Under the pieces are notes generated by a model. It saw only the letters and a program-made list of their open reading frames with translations. It was not told where the DNA came from and searched no databases. A stretch of 20,105 bases of DNA from assembly GCA_030526225.1 (NCBI GenBank), contig JAUNDF010000038.1, positions 1 through 20,105 of the forward strand, written 5' to 3'. Shown here piece by piece: positions 8,187 to 15,893 of this stretch (position 1 is the stretch's first letter; each line of letters opens with the position of its first letter). A program made the position numbers and the translations under genes. The stretch comes from Clostridia bacterium (GTDB lineage Bacteria > Bacillota > Clostridia > Christensenellales > Aristaeellaceae).

Positions 8187-9104
8187 TTACTCATACTTGA
8201 TGCGCGGGTCGATCAGGCAGTAGAACAAATCGACGATGAAAATCATCGCAATCAGGATCGCCGCGTAGAAAATCGTCATGCCCATGATGGTGGTGTAGTC
8301 ACGCTGGGTGACGGAGTTGACAAAGTAGCCGCCGATGCCGGGGATGGCAAAAATCTTTTCGATGACAAAGCTGCCGGTCAAAAGGTTTGCAATGGTGGGG
8401 CCCAGCACGGTAATGACGGGAATCAGGGCATTGCGCAGGGCGTGCTTCCACACCACGCGGAATTCGCTGATGCCCTTGGCCCGGGCCGTGCGGATGTAAT
8501 CCTGCCCCATCACCTCCAGCAGGGAGGAACGCATCAGCCGCGCAAGGAAGGAGATGGAGTAGCCTCCCATGGCAATCATGGGGAGGATGTAGCCCTTCCA
8601 GCTGTCCACGCCATAGGTGGGCAGCCAGCCCAGCTTGTAGGAGAAGATGTACATCAGCCCCGTGGCAATGACGAAGCTGGGGATGGTCACGCCGAAGGTG
8701 GCAACGGTCATCAGCACCATATCCTGCCAGCGGCCGTTTTTCAGCGCCGCCACAATGCCCATGGGAATGGAAATCAGCAGGACGAATACCAGCGTCACCA
8801 TGCCCAGCGTGGCTGTGTAGGGCATGCCGTTGACGATAAAGTCATTGACTGTTTTGCCCTGATACTTGTAGCTGGGGCCGAAATCGAACCGCAGCACGCC
8901 GCCGATATAATCGAAGAACTGCTTCCACAGCGGGTCATCCAGATTGTACTTTTTCGTCATGGCGTCCAGAACCGCCTGTGAAACCTGCTTGTCTGATGTA
9001 AACGGTCCGCCGGGGACGATGTGCATCAGTGAAAAGGTCAGCAGTGCAATCATAAACAGGGTCACGGCCATCATAATCGCCCGCTTCACCAGGTATTTGC
9101 CCAT
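8187..9104 (-). CDS. oppB: Peptide ABC transporter permease (OppB/DppB type)
   Basis: 305 aa with a typical OppB N-terminus (…KRAIMMAVTLFMIALLTFSLMHIVPGGPF…) and an EAA loop (…IRTARAKGISEFRVVWKHALRNA…). AAGGAGG lies 7 nt before the ATG at 9104. Stop codon TAA. Confidence 0.9.
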   Translation of the reverse strand: MGKYLVKRAIMMAVTLFMIALLTFSLMHIVPGGPFTSDKQVSQAVLDAMTKKYNLDDPLWKQFFDYIGGVLRFDFGPSYKYQGKTVNDFIVNGMPYTATLGMVTLVFVLLISIPMGIVAALKNGRWQDMVLMTVATFGVTIPSFVIATGLMYIFSYKLGWLPTYGVDSWKGYILPMIAMGGYSISFLARLMRSSLLEVMGQDYIRTARAKGISEFRVVWKHALRNALIPVITVLGPTIANLLTGSFVIEKIFAIPGIGGYFVNSVTQRDYTTIMGMTIFYAAILIAMIFIVDLFYCLIDPRIKYE

Positions 9105-9153
9105 GCTGTCGCCTCCTTATGCTTTCATTGATTCCTGAATAAATCAAGACTTC

Positions 9154-9182
9154 ATTGTATCACCATTTGATGTATAATACAA
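9154..9182 (-). promoter_or_regulatory. Candidate promoter of the opp operon
   Basis: The minus strand reads TTGTAT-17 nt-TACAAT with an extended -10 TG (gTGaTACAAT), about 45 nt upstream of the oppB ATG in an AT-rich 218-nt intergenic region. The -35 match is weak, and other -10-like hexamers (TATTAT, TATATA) lie nearby. Confidence 0.35.
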
Positions 9183-9277
9183 CAAAATCACTGTATATAG
9201 ATTGTTTTTCGTGCAGGAATTTTTTGGCATTCCCAGCCATTGCGCCGCTTATGACAGCGGCCATTCAGATGCATTTC

Positions 9278-9316
9278 AAAACAGAAAAACGCACAGGCAA
9301 CATTTGTTTCCTGTGC
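9278..9316 (-). terminator. Rho-independent terminator after the SRAP gene
   Basis: The minus strand reads GCACAGG-aaacaaatgttg-CCTGTGC followed by GTTTTTCTGTTTT, starting 7 nt after the stop codon. Confidence 0.65.
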
Positions 9317-9322
9317 ATCAAA

Positions 9323-9895
9323 TTACATGGCACCAAAGCGCAGGGCCATGGGGCGGATTTCCCCCAGCACCTCCGCGGCACTGTTTCGGGGATTCAGCCA
9401 CGCATCCTTCAGGGCGGCGGGCATCAGCACCGGCATCCGGTCGTGGATGAAGCCGATTTCCGGCGCGGCCTCCCGGGTCAGGATGGTATACTCCGCCCGG
9501 TCGCCGTTTATCCGATACAGCCCCGCCATCAGGAAGTCCGCCTCCCCTTCCGGGGCGATGGCGTAGCGGATGCGCTCCTGACCCCGCCGTTCCCACTCGT
9601 AGTAGTGACAGACCGGCACCAGACAGCGGCGCTGCCGCATGCCGTCTGCAAACAGGGGCTTTTCCGCCGCCGTTTCCACCCGGGCGTTGATGAGCGGGCG
9701 GCCGTTGACCTCGTAGCCCCAGCGCATCAGAAAGGGGCGGGGCATCAGGTCCCGGCCGTTGGCAATCACAGGAGCCATATCCGTGGGCAGTATGTCCCCG
9801 GTCTTCACAGGATGGCCGGTGCGGTTGAGGATATCGATGATTTCCTGTATATCCTTCGGCCGTTCCCTGTCGGCCAAAAAATACCGTCCGCACAT
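9323..9895 (-). CDS. SOS-response-associated peptidase (SRAP; YedK/HMCES family abasic-site processing protein)
   Basis: The family hallmark N-terminus MCGRY (catalytic Cys2) appears at the ATG at 9895, with AAGGAGG 7 nt upstream. Conserved …INARVETAAEKP… and …VPVCHYYEW… segments are present. The track start at 9925 would bury Cys2, so I reject it. Stop codon TAA. Confidence 0.85.
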   Translation of the reverse strand: MCGRYFLADRERPKDIQEIIDILNRTGHPVKTGDILPTDMAPVIANGRDLMPRPFLMRWGYEVNGRPLINARVETAAEKPLFADGMRQRRCLVPVCHYYEWERRGQERIRYAIAPEGEADFLMAGLYRINGDRAEYTILTREAAPEIGFIHDRMPVLMPAALKDAWLNPRNSAAEVLGEIRPMALRFGAM

Positions 9896-9926
9896 GGGAT
9901 ATGCCTCCTTTCCGTATTCAATCATG

Positions 9927-9961
9927 CAAAAACGGCAGCCGGCTTCATCAGCCGGCTGCCG
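9927..9961 (-). terminator. Rho-independent terminator after fhs
   Basis: The minus strand reads CGGCAGCCGGC-tgatgaa-GCCGGCTGCCG (11-bp perfect stem) followed by TTTTT, 15 nt after the fhs stop. Confidence 0.8.
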
Positions 9962-9975
9962 GATATCGTTCCGAA

Positions 9976-11643
9976 TCAGAACAGACCCACAATGCGGCCG
10001 TCGTCGGTCACATCGATGGCTTCTGCGGCGGGTACCTTGGGCAGGCCGGGCATGGCGATGATGTCACCGGCAAAGGCAACCACAAAGCCTGCACCTGCGC
10101 TCAGACGAACGCTGCGGATGTTCAGGGTGAAGCCGGAGGGTGCACCCAGTGCCTTGGGGTTGTCGGAGAAGGAATACTGGGTCTTGGCGATGCACACGGG
10201 TGCAGTGCCCCAGCCCTCTTCCTCCAGCTTGGCCAGCTGCTTGAGCACACCGGCACCGAAGGTCACGTTGGCGGCACCGTAAATTCTGGTGGCCACGGCC
10301 TTGATCTTGTCCTGCAGGGGCATTTCATCGGGGTAGGTGTAGGAGGGGGTCACCTCTTCAGCCTTGTCCACGGTATCGCAGACCAGCTGTGCCAGCTCCT
10401 TCACGCCTTCGCCGCCCTTGGCCCAGCCGTCGCACAGCTCCACGGGCGCACCGGCAGCCTCGCAGGCCTTGCGCAGGGCATCCATTTCAGCCTGCGTATC
10501 GGTGATGAAGCGGTTGATGGCCACAATCACCGGGCGCTTCCACACATTGCGGATGTGGTCGATGTGGGCCAGCAGGTTGGTCATGCCCTTTTCCAGTGCG
10601 GGCACGTTTTCGGTATTCAGGTCAGCCTTCTGCACGCCGCCGTGATGCTTCAGGGCGCGGATGGTGGCAACCAGCACCACCGCATCGGGCCACAGGCCGT
10701 TCATGCGGCACTTGATGTCCAGGAACTTTTCAGCACCAAGGTCAGCACCGAAGCCAGCCTCGGTCACCACATAATCAGCCAGCTTCATGGCGGTGGTGGT
10801 GGCGATAACGCTGTTGCAGCCGTGGGCGATGTTGGCGAAGGGGCCGCCGTGCATCAGACAGGGGGTGCCTTCAATGGTCTGCACCAGATTGGGCTGGATG
10901 GCATCGCGCAGCAGAGCAGCCATGGCGCCCTGAGCATTGATGTCACCGGCGGTCACAGGGCGGCCGTCGAAGGTGCGGGCCACCTGCAGGCGGCTGAGGC
11001 GCAGCTTCAGGTCGTTGATGTCCTTGGCCAGGCAGAACACGGCCATCACTTCGCTGGCGGCGGTGATGTCAAAGCCGTCCTCGCGGGGCATGCCGTTGGG
11101 CTTGCCGCCCAGACCGGAGGTAATCTGCCGCAGCTGGCGGTCGTTTACGTCAAGGCAGCGGCGCCAGGTCACCTGACGGGGGTCGATGCCCAGCTTGTTG
11201 CCCTGTTGGATGTGGTTATCCACCATGGCAGCCAGCAGGTTGTTGGCAGCGGTAATGGCGTGCAGGTCGCCGGTAAAATGCAGATTGATGCTTTCCATGG
11301 GCAGCACCTGAGCGTAGCCGCCGCCGGTTGCGCCGCCCTTCATGCCGAACACGGGGCCCAGAGAAGGCTCACGCAGGGCCAGCATGGACTTTTTGCCGAT
11401 TTTGCGCATGCCGTCTGCCAGACCGACGCTGACGGTGGTCTTGCCTTCGCCGGCAGGGGTGGGGTTGATGGCAGTCACCAGCACCAGCTTGGCCTTTTTG
11501 CCGGCAGGCACCTGGGCAGGATCCACCTTGGCAACATACTTGCCGTAGGGTACGATGGCATCCTCGGGGATGCCGGCAGTCTTGGCCACCTCATAGACGG
11601 GGCGAAGGGTGGAAGCCTGTGCAATCTCGATATCTGTAGGCAT
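9976..11643 (-). CDS. fhs: Formate--tetrahydrofolate ligase (formyltetrahydrofolate synthetase)
   Basis: 555 aa with a canonical Fhs N-terminus (MPTDIEIAQ…) and nucleotide-binding segment …[14 protein letters not shown]…; the family-typical sequence runs full length. Stop codon TGA. Confidence 0.95.
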   Translation of the reverse strand: MPTDIEIAQASTLRPVYEVAKTAGIPEDAIVPYGKYVAKVDPAQVPAGKKAKLVLVTAINPTPAGEGKTTVSVGLADGMRKIGKKSMLALREPSLGPVFGMKGGATGGGYAQVLPMESINLHFTGDLHAITAANNLLAAMVDNHIQQGNKLGIDPRQVTWRRCLDVNDRQLRQITSGLGGKPNGMPREDGFDITAASEVMAVFCLAKDINDLKLRLSRLQVARTFDGRPVTAGDINAQGAMAALLRDAIQPNLVQTIEGTPCLMHGGPFANIAHGCNSVIATTTAMKLADYVVTEAGFGADLGAEKFLDIKCRMNGLWPDAVVLVATIRALKHHGGVQKADLNTENVPALEKGMTNLLAHIDHIRNVWKRPVIVAINRFITDTQAEMDALRKACEAAGAPVELCDGWAKGGEGVKELAQLVCDTVDKAEEVTPSYTYPDEMPLQDKIKAVATRIYGAANVTFGAGVLKQLAKLEEEGWGTAPVCIAKTQYSFSDNPKALGAPSGFTLNIRSVRLSAGAGFVVAFAGDIIAMPGLPKVPAAEAIDVTDDGRIVGLF

Positions 11644-11691
11644 GGAACAACATCCTTTCTGACATGGAAATGATTGCGTTGAAACAGTTTT

Positions 11692-11719
11692 ATTATACCA
11701 AAGTTTTCCACAAAATCAA
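11692..11719 (-). promoter_or_regulatory. Sigma-A type promoter of fhs
   Basis: The minus strand reads TTGATT-16 nt-TATAAT with an extended -10 (TGgTATAAT). The -10 is at 11692-11697 and the -35 at 11714-11719, about 50 nt upstream of the fhs ATG. Confidence 0.6.
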
Positions 11720-11751
11720 TACATCCCGAACTTTTCAGGCAGTCAAGGCAG

Positions 11752-11931
11752 TTAATCTTCGGGTTTCCAGCGGTTTCTTGTAGCAAAGGGCAGCTGGCGG
11801 ATGTACCAGTCCTCCCCGTCGGTCACTGCCTCCACCGCGCCGTCACCGCTGTAGAGCAGGATGATGCCCGCCTTTTCCAGCGCCCGCAGGGTGTAGCCCA
11901 TGTTTTCCTTCTTGTTGGTGCACACCGCAGC
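11752..11931 (-). pseudogene. In-frame continuation (59 sense codons plus TAA) of the MBL hydrolase gene beyond its TAG; detached C-terminal part of the fold
   Basis: Same frame as 11932..12627. It translates to AAVCTNKKENMGYTLRALEKAGIILLYSGDGAVEAVTDGEDWYIRQLPFATRNRWKPED* with no further stop. It resembles the region that follows the HHG motif in ComEC-type MBL domains. Confidence 0.55.
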
Positions 11932-12627
11932 CTATGGGCTGACCGCCGCCAGAAAGGAGCCTTCCACCGGGGTGATGCCGTGGTGGGGCACCTTCAGGAT
12001 ATCCGCCTGCAGCTGCCCTTCCGGATATGAGGCGGCGTATTCCTTCTGCATATCCCCGGTGATGTCTGCCGCCAGCAGCACCGAGGCCGTGCCCAGCTGC
12101 AGCCGCACCACACAGCTGCGGGGATTGTACCCCCGGGTGCCTCTTGTCATCAGCGTCATTTCCGCATCCCCCACGGACAGCCGTGTGCCATCCGTAATCT
12201 GATACCACGGAATGCCGTTTTTCCGGCAAAGCTTGGCCGCCCGCTGGATGTAGCTGTCATCCCTGCTGCTTTCAAAGGGGGACAGAAACGCCTTGGCCGT
12301 CCAGCCCTTCTTCAAAAGATAATTCAGCCCGTCGATGTGGTCATTGTGGGGATGGGTGCTGATGATGTACCGGAAGCGCTCAATCCCCCGGGACTTCACA
12401 TCCCATGCAATGGACTGACTGCAGGAGGAGTCCCCGCCGTCAATCATCACCGCTTCCCCGCCGCACTCCACCAGAAAGGCATCCGAGCGCCCGGCCTCAA
12501 GGAAGGTCACCTTCAGGGTTGTTTTGCCGCGCCATGCTTCGGGCATTTCACCCGTAAACACCTCCGCACAGGCAGGAAGCTGCACCAGCGCCAGCAGGCA
12601 TGCCATCAGGCAAAGTCCTTTTTTCAT
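11932..12627 (-). CDS. Secreted/lipoprotein-like MBL-fold metallo-hydrolase (ComEC C-terminal-domain type), ended by an internal-looking TAG
   Basis: Signal peptide MKKGLCLMACLLALVQLPAC, metal motif THPHNDHIDG (HxHxDH), and a later KVPHHG. AAGGAGAG SD precedes the ATG at 12627. It ends …FLAAVSP-TAG (11932-11934), but the frame stays open for 59 more codons. Confidence 0.8.
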   Translation of the reverse strand: MKKGLCLMACLLALVQLPACAEVFTGEMPEAWRGKTTLKVTFLEAGRSDAFLVECGGEAVMIDGGDSSCSQSIAWDVKSRGIERFRYIISTHPHNDHIDGLNYLLKKGWTAKAFLSPFESSRDDSYIQRAAKLCRKNGIPWYQITDGTRLSVGDAEMTLMTRGTRGYNPRSCVVRLQLGTASVLLAADITGDMQKEYAASYPEGQLQADILKVPHHGITPVEGSFLAAVSP

Positions 12628-12641
12628 GTTCTCTCCTTTGC

Positions 12642-12673
12642 AAAAACCGCCCTGCCAAAATCCGGCAAGGCGG
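12642..12673 (-). terminator. Rho-independent terminator after the orphan SBP gene
   Basis: The minus strand reads CCGCCTTGCC-ggatttt-GGCAGGGCGG (10-bp stem with one G-U pair) followed by TTTTT, 7 nt after the stop. Confidence 0.6.
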
Positions 12674-12679
12674 CAGCAA

Positions 12680-14272
12680 TCAGTTGTGGAAGGTCTCGAT
12701 GCCCCGCATCAGCTCCAGCTCGCGGATGTCACGGACGGTGGTGTACATCTTTCTGGTCAGCACAGCGCCCTGCCGGTAGTACAGGCAGATGAAGGGGCAG
12801 TCCTGCGCAAACTTTTCCTGAATTTTGTACACATACTCCTGATAGCCCGCCTGCGTGGACTGCTCCCGCAGCCGGTCGCACAGGTCGTTCATTTCGCCGG
12901 AGTTGTAGCGCATGAAATTGCCCGTGTTGGACTTGTACACAAGGAAGGTGGGGTCGGGGCACACATCCATGGCATAGGAAACAAGCGCCAAATCGTAGGC
13001 ACCGGCCTTCAGCTTTTCCTTCATGTCATTCATGTTCAGGGCCACCACGGCACACTCAAAGCCGAAGGGGGTCAGCATATCGGCAATGGCATTGGCGGCA
13101 GAGGCGCGCACGTCATTATCCGGCTCCTCGTAGTAGAAGATGCGGATGTGCATGCGGTACAGGCCGGAGCCGTCTGCCTTGGGCTTGTCCAGCACGCCGT
13201 CACCGTCGGTATCCGTCCAGCCGGATTCCTCCAGCAGGCGCCGGGCCTCGGCCTCATCCCGCTTGAAATAGCCGGTGAGGTTATCGTTGTACAGCCATGT
13301 GCCGGGAATCATGGGCGTATCGGTGCGCTGCACCATGCCATTGTAGGCCTGTGCCGCCAGCTTGTCCGGGTCCACAATGTAGCGGATGGCCTTGCGGATG
13401 TTGGGGTCATCCAGCGGAGAGGAGGAAAAGTTCATCACCAGCGTTTCCAGCTGATTGGTCCGCGTATCGATGGTGATGGAGTTGGTGCCGCTCTTGTGCT
13501 GGGCGGCAGCCAGATCGCGGGTGAAGATGGTATCCACCCGGGCATATTCGTAGCTCTCCATGACCTCCTTGGGCGTGGAGAAGCAATCGAAGCGGATTTC
13601 CTGCACCTGGGGCTGCTGCTGCCACCACAGCTTGTTGGCATCCAGCAGAATCAGGTTGCCGGGGTCAAACATGGAGATGGTGTAAGGCCCCGTGCCCGGA
13701 GGATTCTCCGCGGCCACCCGGTCGGCAGGCAGTACGGGGAAGGTCATGGCGTACAGCAATCCGTAGTAGCGGCGCTTGGCCTTCACCACCACCTTGTTGG
13801 TGCCCTCCGCGGTGATGCTGGAGATGAAATAGGGCAGATTGACATAGTAGCCCTTGTCGGTGGAGTTTTCCTCCGTGGCCCGGGCGATGATGTACTCGGC
13901 GGTGGCCACCACATCGTTGGCCGTCAGGGGTGTGCCGTCGGAGAAGAACACATTCTCCCGCAGGGTGAAGGTCCATGTTTTGCCGTTGTTGCTCTCCTCC
14001 CAGCCGCTGGCCAGATAGGGCTGGGGCAGGTAGTTGTCATCAATGGTGACCAGGCTTTCGTACACCAGCCCGTACACGCTCATGATGTCCCGCTCCTTGG
14101 GCTCCAGGGGCTTAATCAGCGTGGTCTTGGTGGACTGAATGCCCACGGTCAGGTAGTTATCCACGTTGGAGGCAAAGGAAAGGGGGATGTCACACAGCAG
14201 CAGGCACAGCATCAGCATCGCCGCTGTCAGCCGCTTCATCCTCCGTATAATAAAGTGCTTCGTAGACTGCAT
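12680..14272 (-). CDS. Orphan ABC transporter substrate-binding protein (SBP family 5, peptide/nickel type)
   Basis: 530 aa, with an N-terminal signal peptide (…RRMKRLTAAMLMLCLLLCDIPLSFA-SN) and family-5-like sequence (…YGLVYESLV…, …GTGPYTI…). No permease or ATPase genes are adjacent. The ATG at 14272 has GGAGGG 12 nt upstream. The alternative ATG at 14239 has GGAGG directly abutting it, which is a poor arrangement. Stop codon TGA. Confidence 0.85.
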   Translation of the reverse strand: MQSTKHFIIRRMKRLTAAMLMLCLLLCDIPLSFASNVDNYLTVGIQSTKTTLIKPLEPKERDIMSVYGLVYESLVTIDDNYLPQPYLASGWEESNNGKTWTFTLRENVFFSDGTPLTANDVVATAEYIIARATEENSTDKGYYVNLPYFISSITAEGTNKVVVKAKRRYYGLLYAMTFPVLPADRVAAENPPGTGPYTISMFDPGNLILLDANKLWWQQQPQVQEIRFDCFSTPKEVMESYEYARVDTIFTRDLAAAQHKSGTNSITIDTRTNQLETLVMNFSSSPLDDPNIRKAIRYIVDPDKLAAQAYNGMVQRTDTPMIPGTWLYNDNLTGYFKRDEAEARRLLEESGWTDTDGDGVLDKPKADGSGLYRMHIRIFYYEEPDNDVRASAANAIADMLTPFGFECAVVALNMNDMKEKLKAGAYDLALVSYAMDVCPDPTFLVYKSNTGNFMRYNSGEMNDLCDRLREQSTQAGYQEYVYKIQEKFAQDCPFICLYYRQGAVLTRKMYTTVRDIRELELMRGIETFHN

Positions 14273-15035
14273 AATCCGTTGTTACCCTCCGTGCATAGGT
14301 TTTGGTCGGTCCGTCGGGGAGGTTGTCAATGGGGATGGTCCGCCCGTCCGTGGACATGTTGGGATCGCTGAGCCACCGGGTCACCGTCCCCTGCCCTGCA
14401 TGGTAGGCGCAGGATACCAGCACCGGATCGCCCCCGAAAAGCCGGGACAGATAATTGAGGTACCATGTGCCGAAGCGGATGTTGCTCTCCGCATCCCACA
14501 TGCGGTCGAAGGAGTAGCCGGTCACATCCAGCTTGCCGGCAATCCACTGGGCGGTGTCGGGCATCAGCTGCATCAGACCGCGCGCCCCGATGTTTGACTC
14601 CGCATTGGTGCGGAAGGAGCTTTCGTTGAGGATGATGGCCTCCACAAAGGCGGGGTGCAGGTTGTTCTCCACCGCGTATTCCTCAATGGTGTCCTTAAAA
14701 TAAATAGGATGTGCTTCCACCACCGCCTGATGGGCCGCCTGCCGCGCTTCCTCACAGCGCACCAGATAGGCGCTGATGAGGTACTTGGCCGTAAACAGCC
14801 CTGCCGCGGCAAAGGCCAGCAGCACCAGCACCGTGGTCAGCCACACAGGCATTCTGCGGGGCAGCCGCCGGGGAAAGTCCTCCACCGGAGAAAACGCCTT
14901 GTCCTGCTGCAGATGCTGTTCATTCCAGATTTGCTGCAGCGCCGGCGGCGTGGCCGGCACATGGCTGACCGTGGGCTGCTGCCACGCGGTGGATTCCGCA
15001 TGGTTGTTTTCCTTGATTTGCCGGATGTTTTGCAC
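14190..15035 (-). CDS. Membrane-anchored lytic transglycosylase (SLT domain protein)
   Basis: SLT catalytic region …AIILNESSFRTNAESNIGARGLMQLMPDTAQWIA…AYHAGQG…, plus a single TM segment VWLTTVLVLLAFAAAGLF. The ORF-track start is a GTG at 15035 with a weak AGGAAG 7 nt upstream. The next in-frame ATG is at 14852, just before the TM segment. A stronger start signal exists upstream at 15164 but is separated from the body by an in-frame TAG. Stop codon TGA. Confidence 0.8.
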   Translation of the reverse strand: MQNIRQIKENNHAESTAWQQPTVSHVPATPPALQQIWNEQHLQQDKAFSPVEDFPRRLPRRMPVWLTTVLVLLAFAAAGLFTAKYLISAYLVRCEEARQAAHQAVVEAHPIYFKDTIEEYAVENNLHPAFVEAIILNESSFRTNAESNIGARGLMQLMPDTAQWIAGKLDVTGYSFDRMWDAESNIRFGTWYLNYLSRLFGGDPVLVSCAYHAGQGTVTRWLSDPNMSTDGRTIPIDNLPDGPTKTYARRVTTDYAVYEALYYTEDEAADSGDADAVPAAV

Positions 15036-15086
15036 CGGCGCAGCTTCCTGTGCGGCAGGTGATGGCGCGAGGGCAGTGACCTGTCT

Positions 15087-15164
15087 CTACATCACATCCG
15101 GCTGTGCGCCGCCCTCTTTGTAGCGGTCGGAGCGCCTTGACCGGCGCTGTGTCGGCTCACTCAT
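15087..15164 (-). CDS. 25-codon ORF (MSEPTQRRSRRSDRYKEGGAQPDVM) coupled to the coaE stop; in frame with the transglycosylase gene but ends at TAG
   Basis: The ATG at 15164 overlaps the coaE stop (ATGAGTGA). AAGGAG lies 7 nt upstream, inside the coaE 3' end. The peptide is basic and disordered-looking. TAG is at 15087-15089, then 17 sense codons run into the GTG at 15035. Confidence 0.3.
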   Translation of the reverse strand: MSEPTQRRSRRSDRYKEGGAQPDVM

Positions 15165-15777
15165 TGCATTTCTCCTTTGCCGCCTGTTCCGCTTCTGCCT
15201 GATACAGCGCGGGAATCATGGCGGCTGTTTGTTCCATGGTGCCGGAGGTATCAATCGTCACCTGCGCCCGGCGCTTCTTTTCCTCTGCGGGCATCTGACT
15301 GCGAAGCCTTGCCTCGGCCTCCTCCCGGGTAAACCCATCCCGGAGCATCAGACGGCCGATTTGCTCCTCTCTCGGCAGATACACACACCACACCGATTCG
15401 CACAGGCGATCGAGGTTCTTTTCATACAGCAGGGGCATATCCAGCACGCATACCGCATGGCCGGATTTCTCGGCTTCATCGATGCGCTGCTCAATCAGCT
15501 GCAAAAGCAGCGGCTGCATGATGTCATCCAGCTTTTTTCGGGCATCGTCATCCCCAAAGACAAGGCTGCCCAGCGCACGGCGGTTCAGCTGTCCGTCCGG
15601 CAGGAACACCGTATCCCCGAAGGTCTGCCGAAGCTGCGGCAGCGCAATGCCCCCCGATGCCGTCAGTTCGCGGCTGAGCACATCGCCATCCACAATGGCG
15701 GCCCCAAGGCTTTTCAGGCACTGGGATACGTGGCTCTTGCCGCAGGCAATGCCCCCTGTCAGTCCAATGATACGCAT
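15157..15777 (-). CDS. coaE: Dephospho-CoA kinase
   Basis: N-terminus MRIIGLTGGIACGKS (P-loop) is typical of CoaE, and the length is about 206 aa. The ATG at 15777 has AAGGA 6 nt upstream. The track start at 15795 is a TTG and I reject it. Stop codon TGA. Confidence 0.9.
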   Translation of the reverse strand: MRIIGLTGGIACGKSHVSQCLKSLGAAIVDGDVLSRELTASGGIALPQLRQTFGDTVFLPDGQLNRRALGSLVFGDDDARKKLDDIMQPLLLQLIEQRIDEAEKSGHAVCVLDMPLLYEKNLDRLCESVWCVYLPREEQIGRLMLRDGFTREEAEARLRSQMPAEEKKRRAQVTIDTSGTMEQTAAMIPALYQAEAEQAAKEKCNE

Positions 15778-15838
15778 AGACAGTCCTTTCCGCAAGATAC
15801 GATGTGTAACAATTCTTCTTTAATAATTGCACAAATGG

Positions 15839-15872
15839 AAAACCGGGCCCGCGACCCTTGCCGCGGCCCCGG
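15839..15872 (-). terminator. Rho-independent terminator after telA
   Basis: The minus strand reads CCGGGGCCGCG-gcaagggt-CGCGGGCCCGG (11-bp stem with one central mismatch) followed by TTTTCC, about 20 nt after the stop. Confidence 0.55.
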
Positions 15873-15893
15873 AATCATCCATTAAAGTTTTGC

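Noticed and set aside
9216-9233. CodY box or cre site in the opp upstream region (AATTTTTTGGCATTC).
   Set aside because: It matches only about 10 of 15 positions of the CodY consensus AATTTTCWGAAAATT and has no good match to the cre consensus. That is too weak to call.
11932-11934. Pyrrolysine as the explanation for the in-frame TAGs.
   Set aside because: Neither interrupted gene is a methylamine methyltransferase, no pyl genes or tRNA(CUA) occur in the window, and no PYLIS-like context is evident. It cannot be excluded without the whole genome, but nothing here supports it.
15036-15156. A riboswitch (for example the c-di-AMP ydaO class often found ahead of cell-wall hydrolases) in the coaE-slt spacer.
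   Set aside because: The spacer is only 121 nt, shows none of the conserved ydaO-type sequence blocks I can recall, and has just one small GCGCC/GGCGC hairpin. The region is better explained as coding or a uORF, given the SD and coupled ATG.
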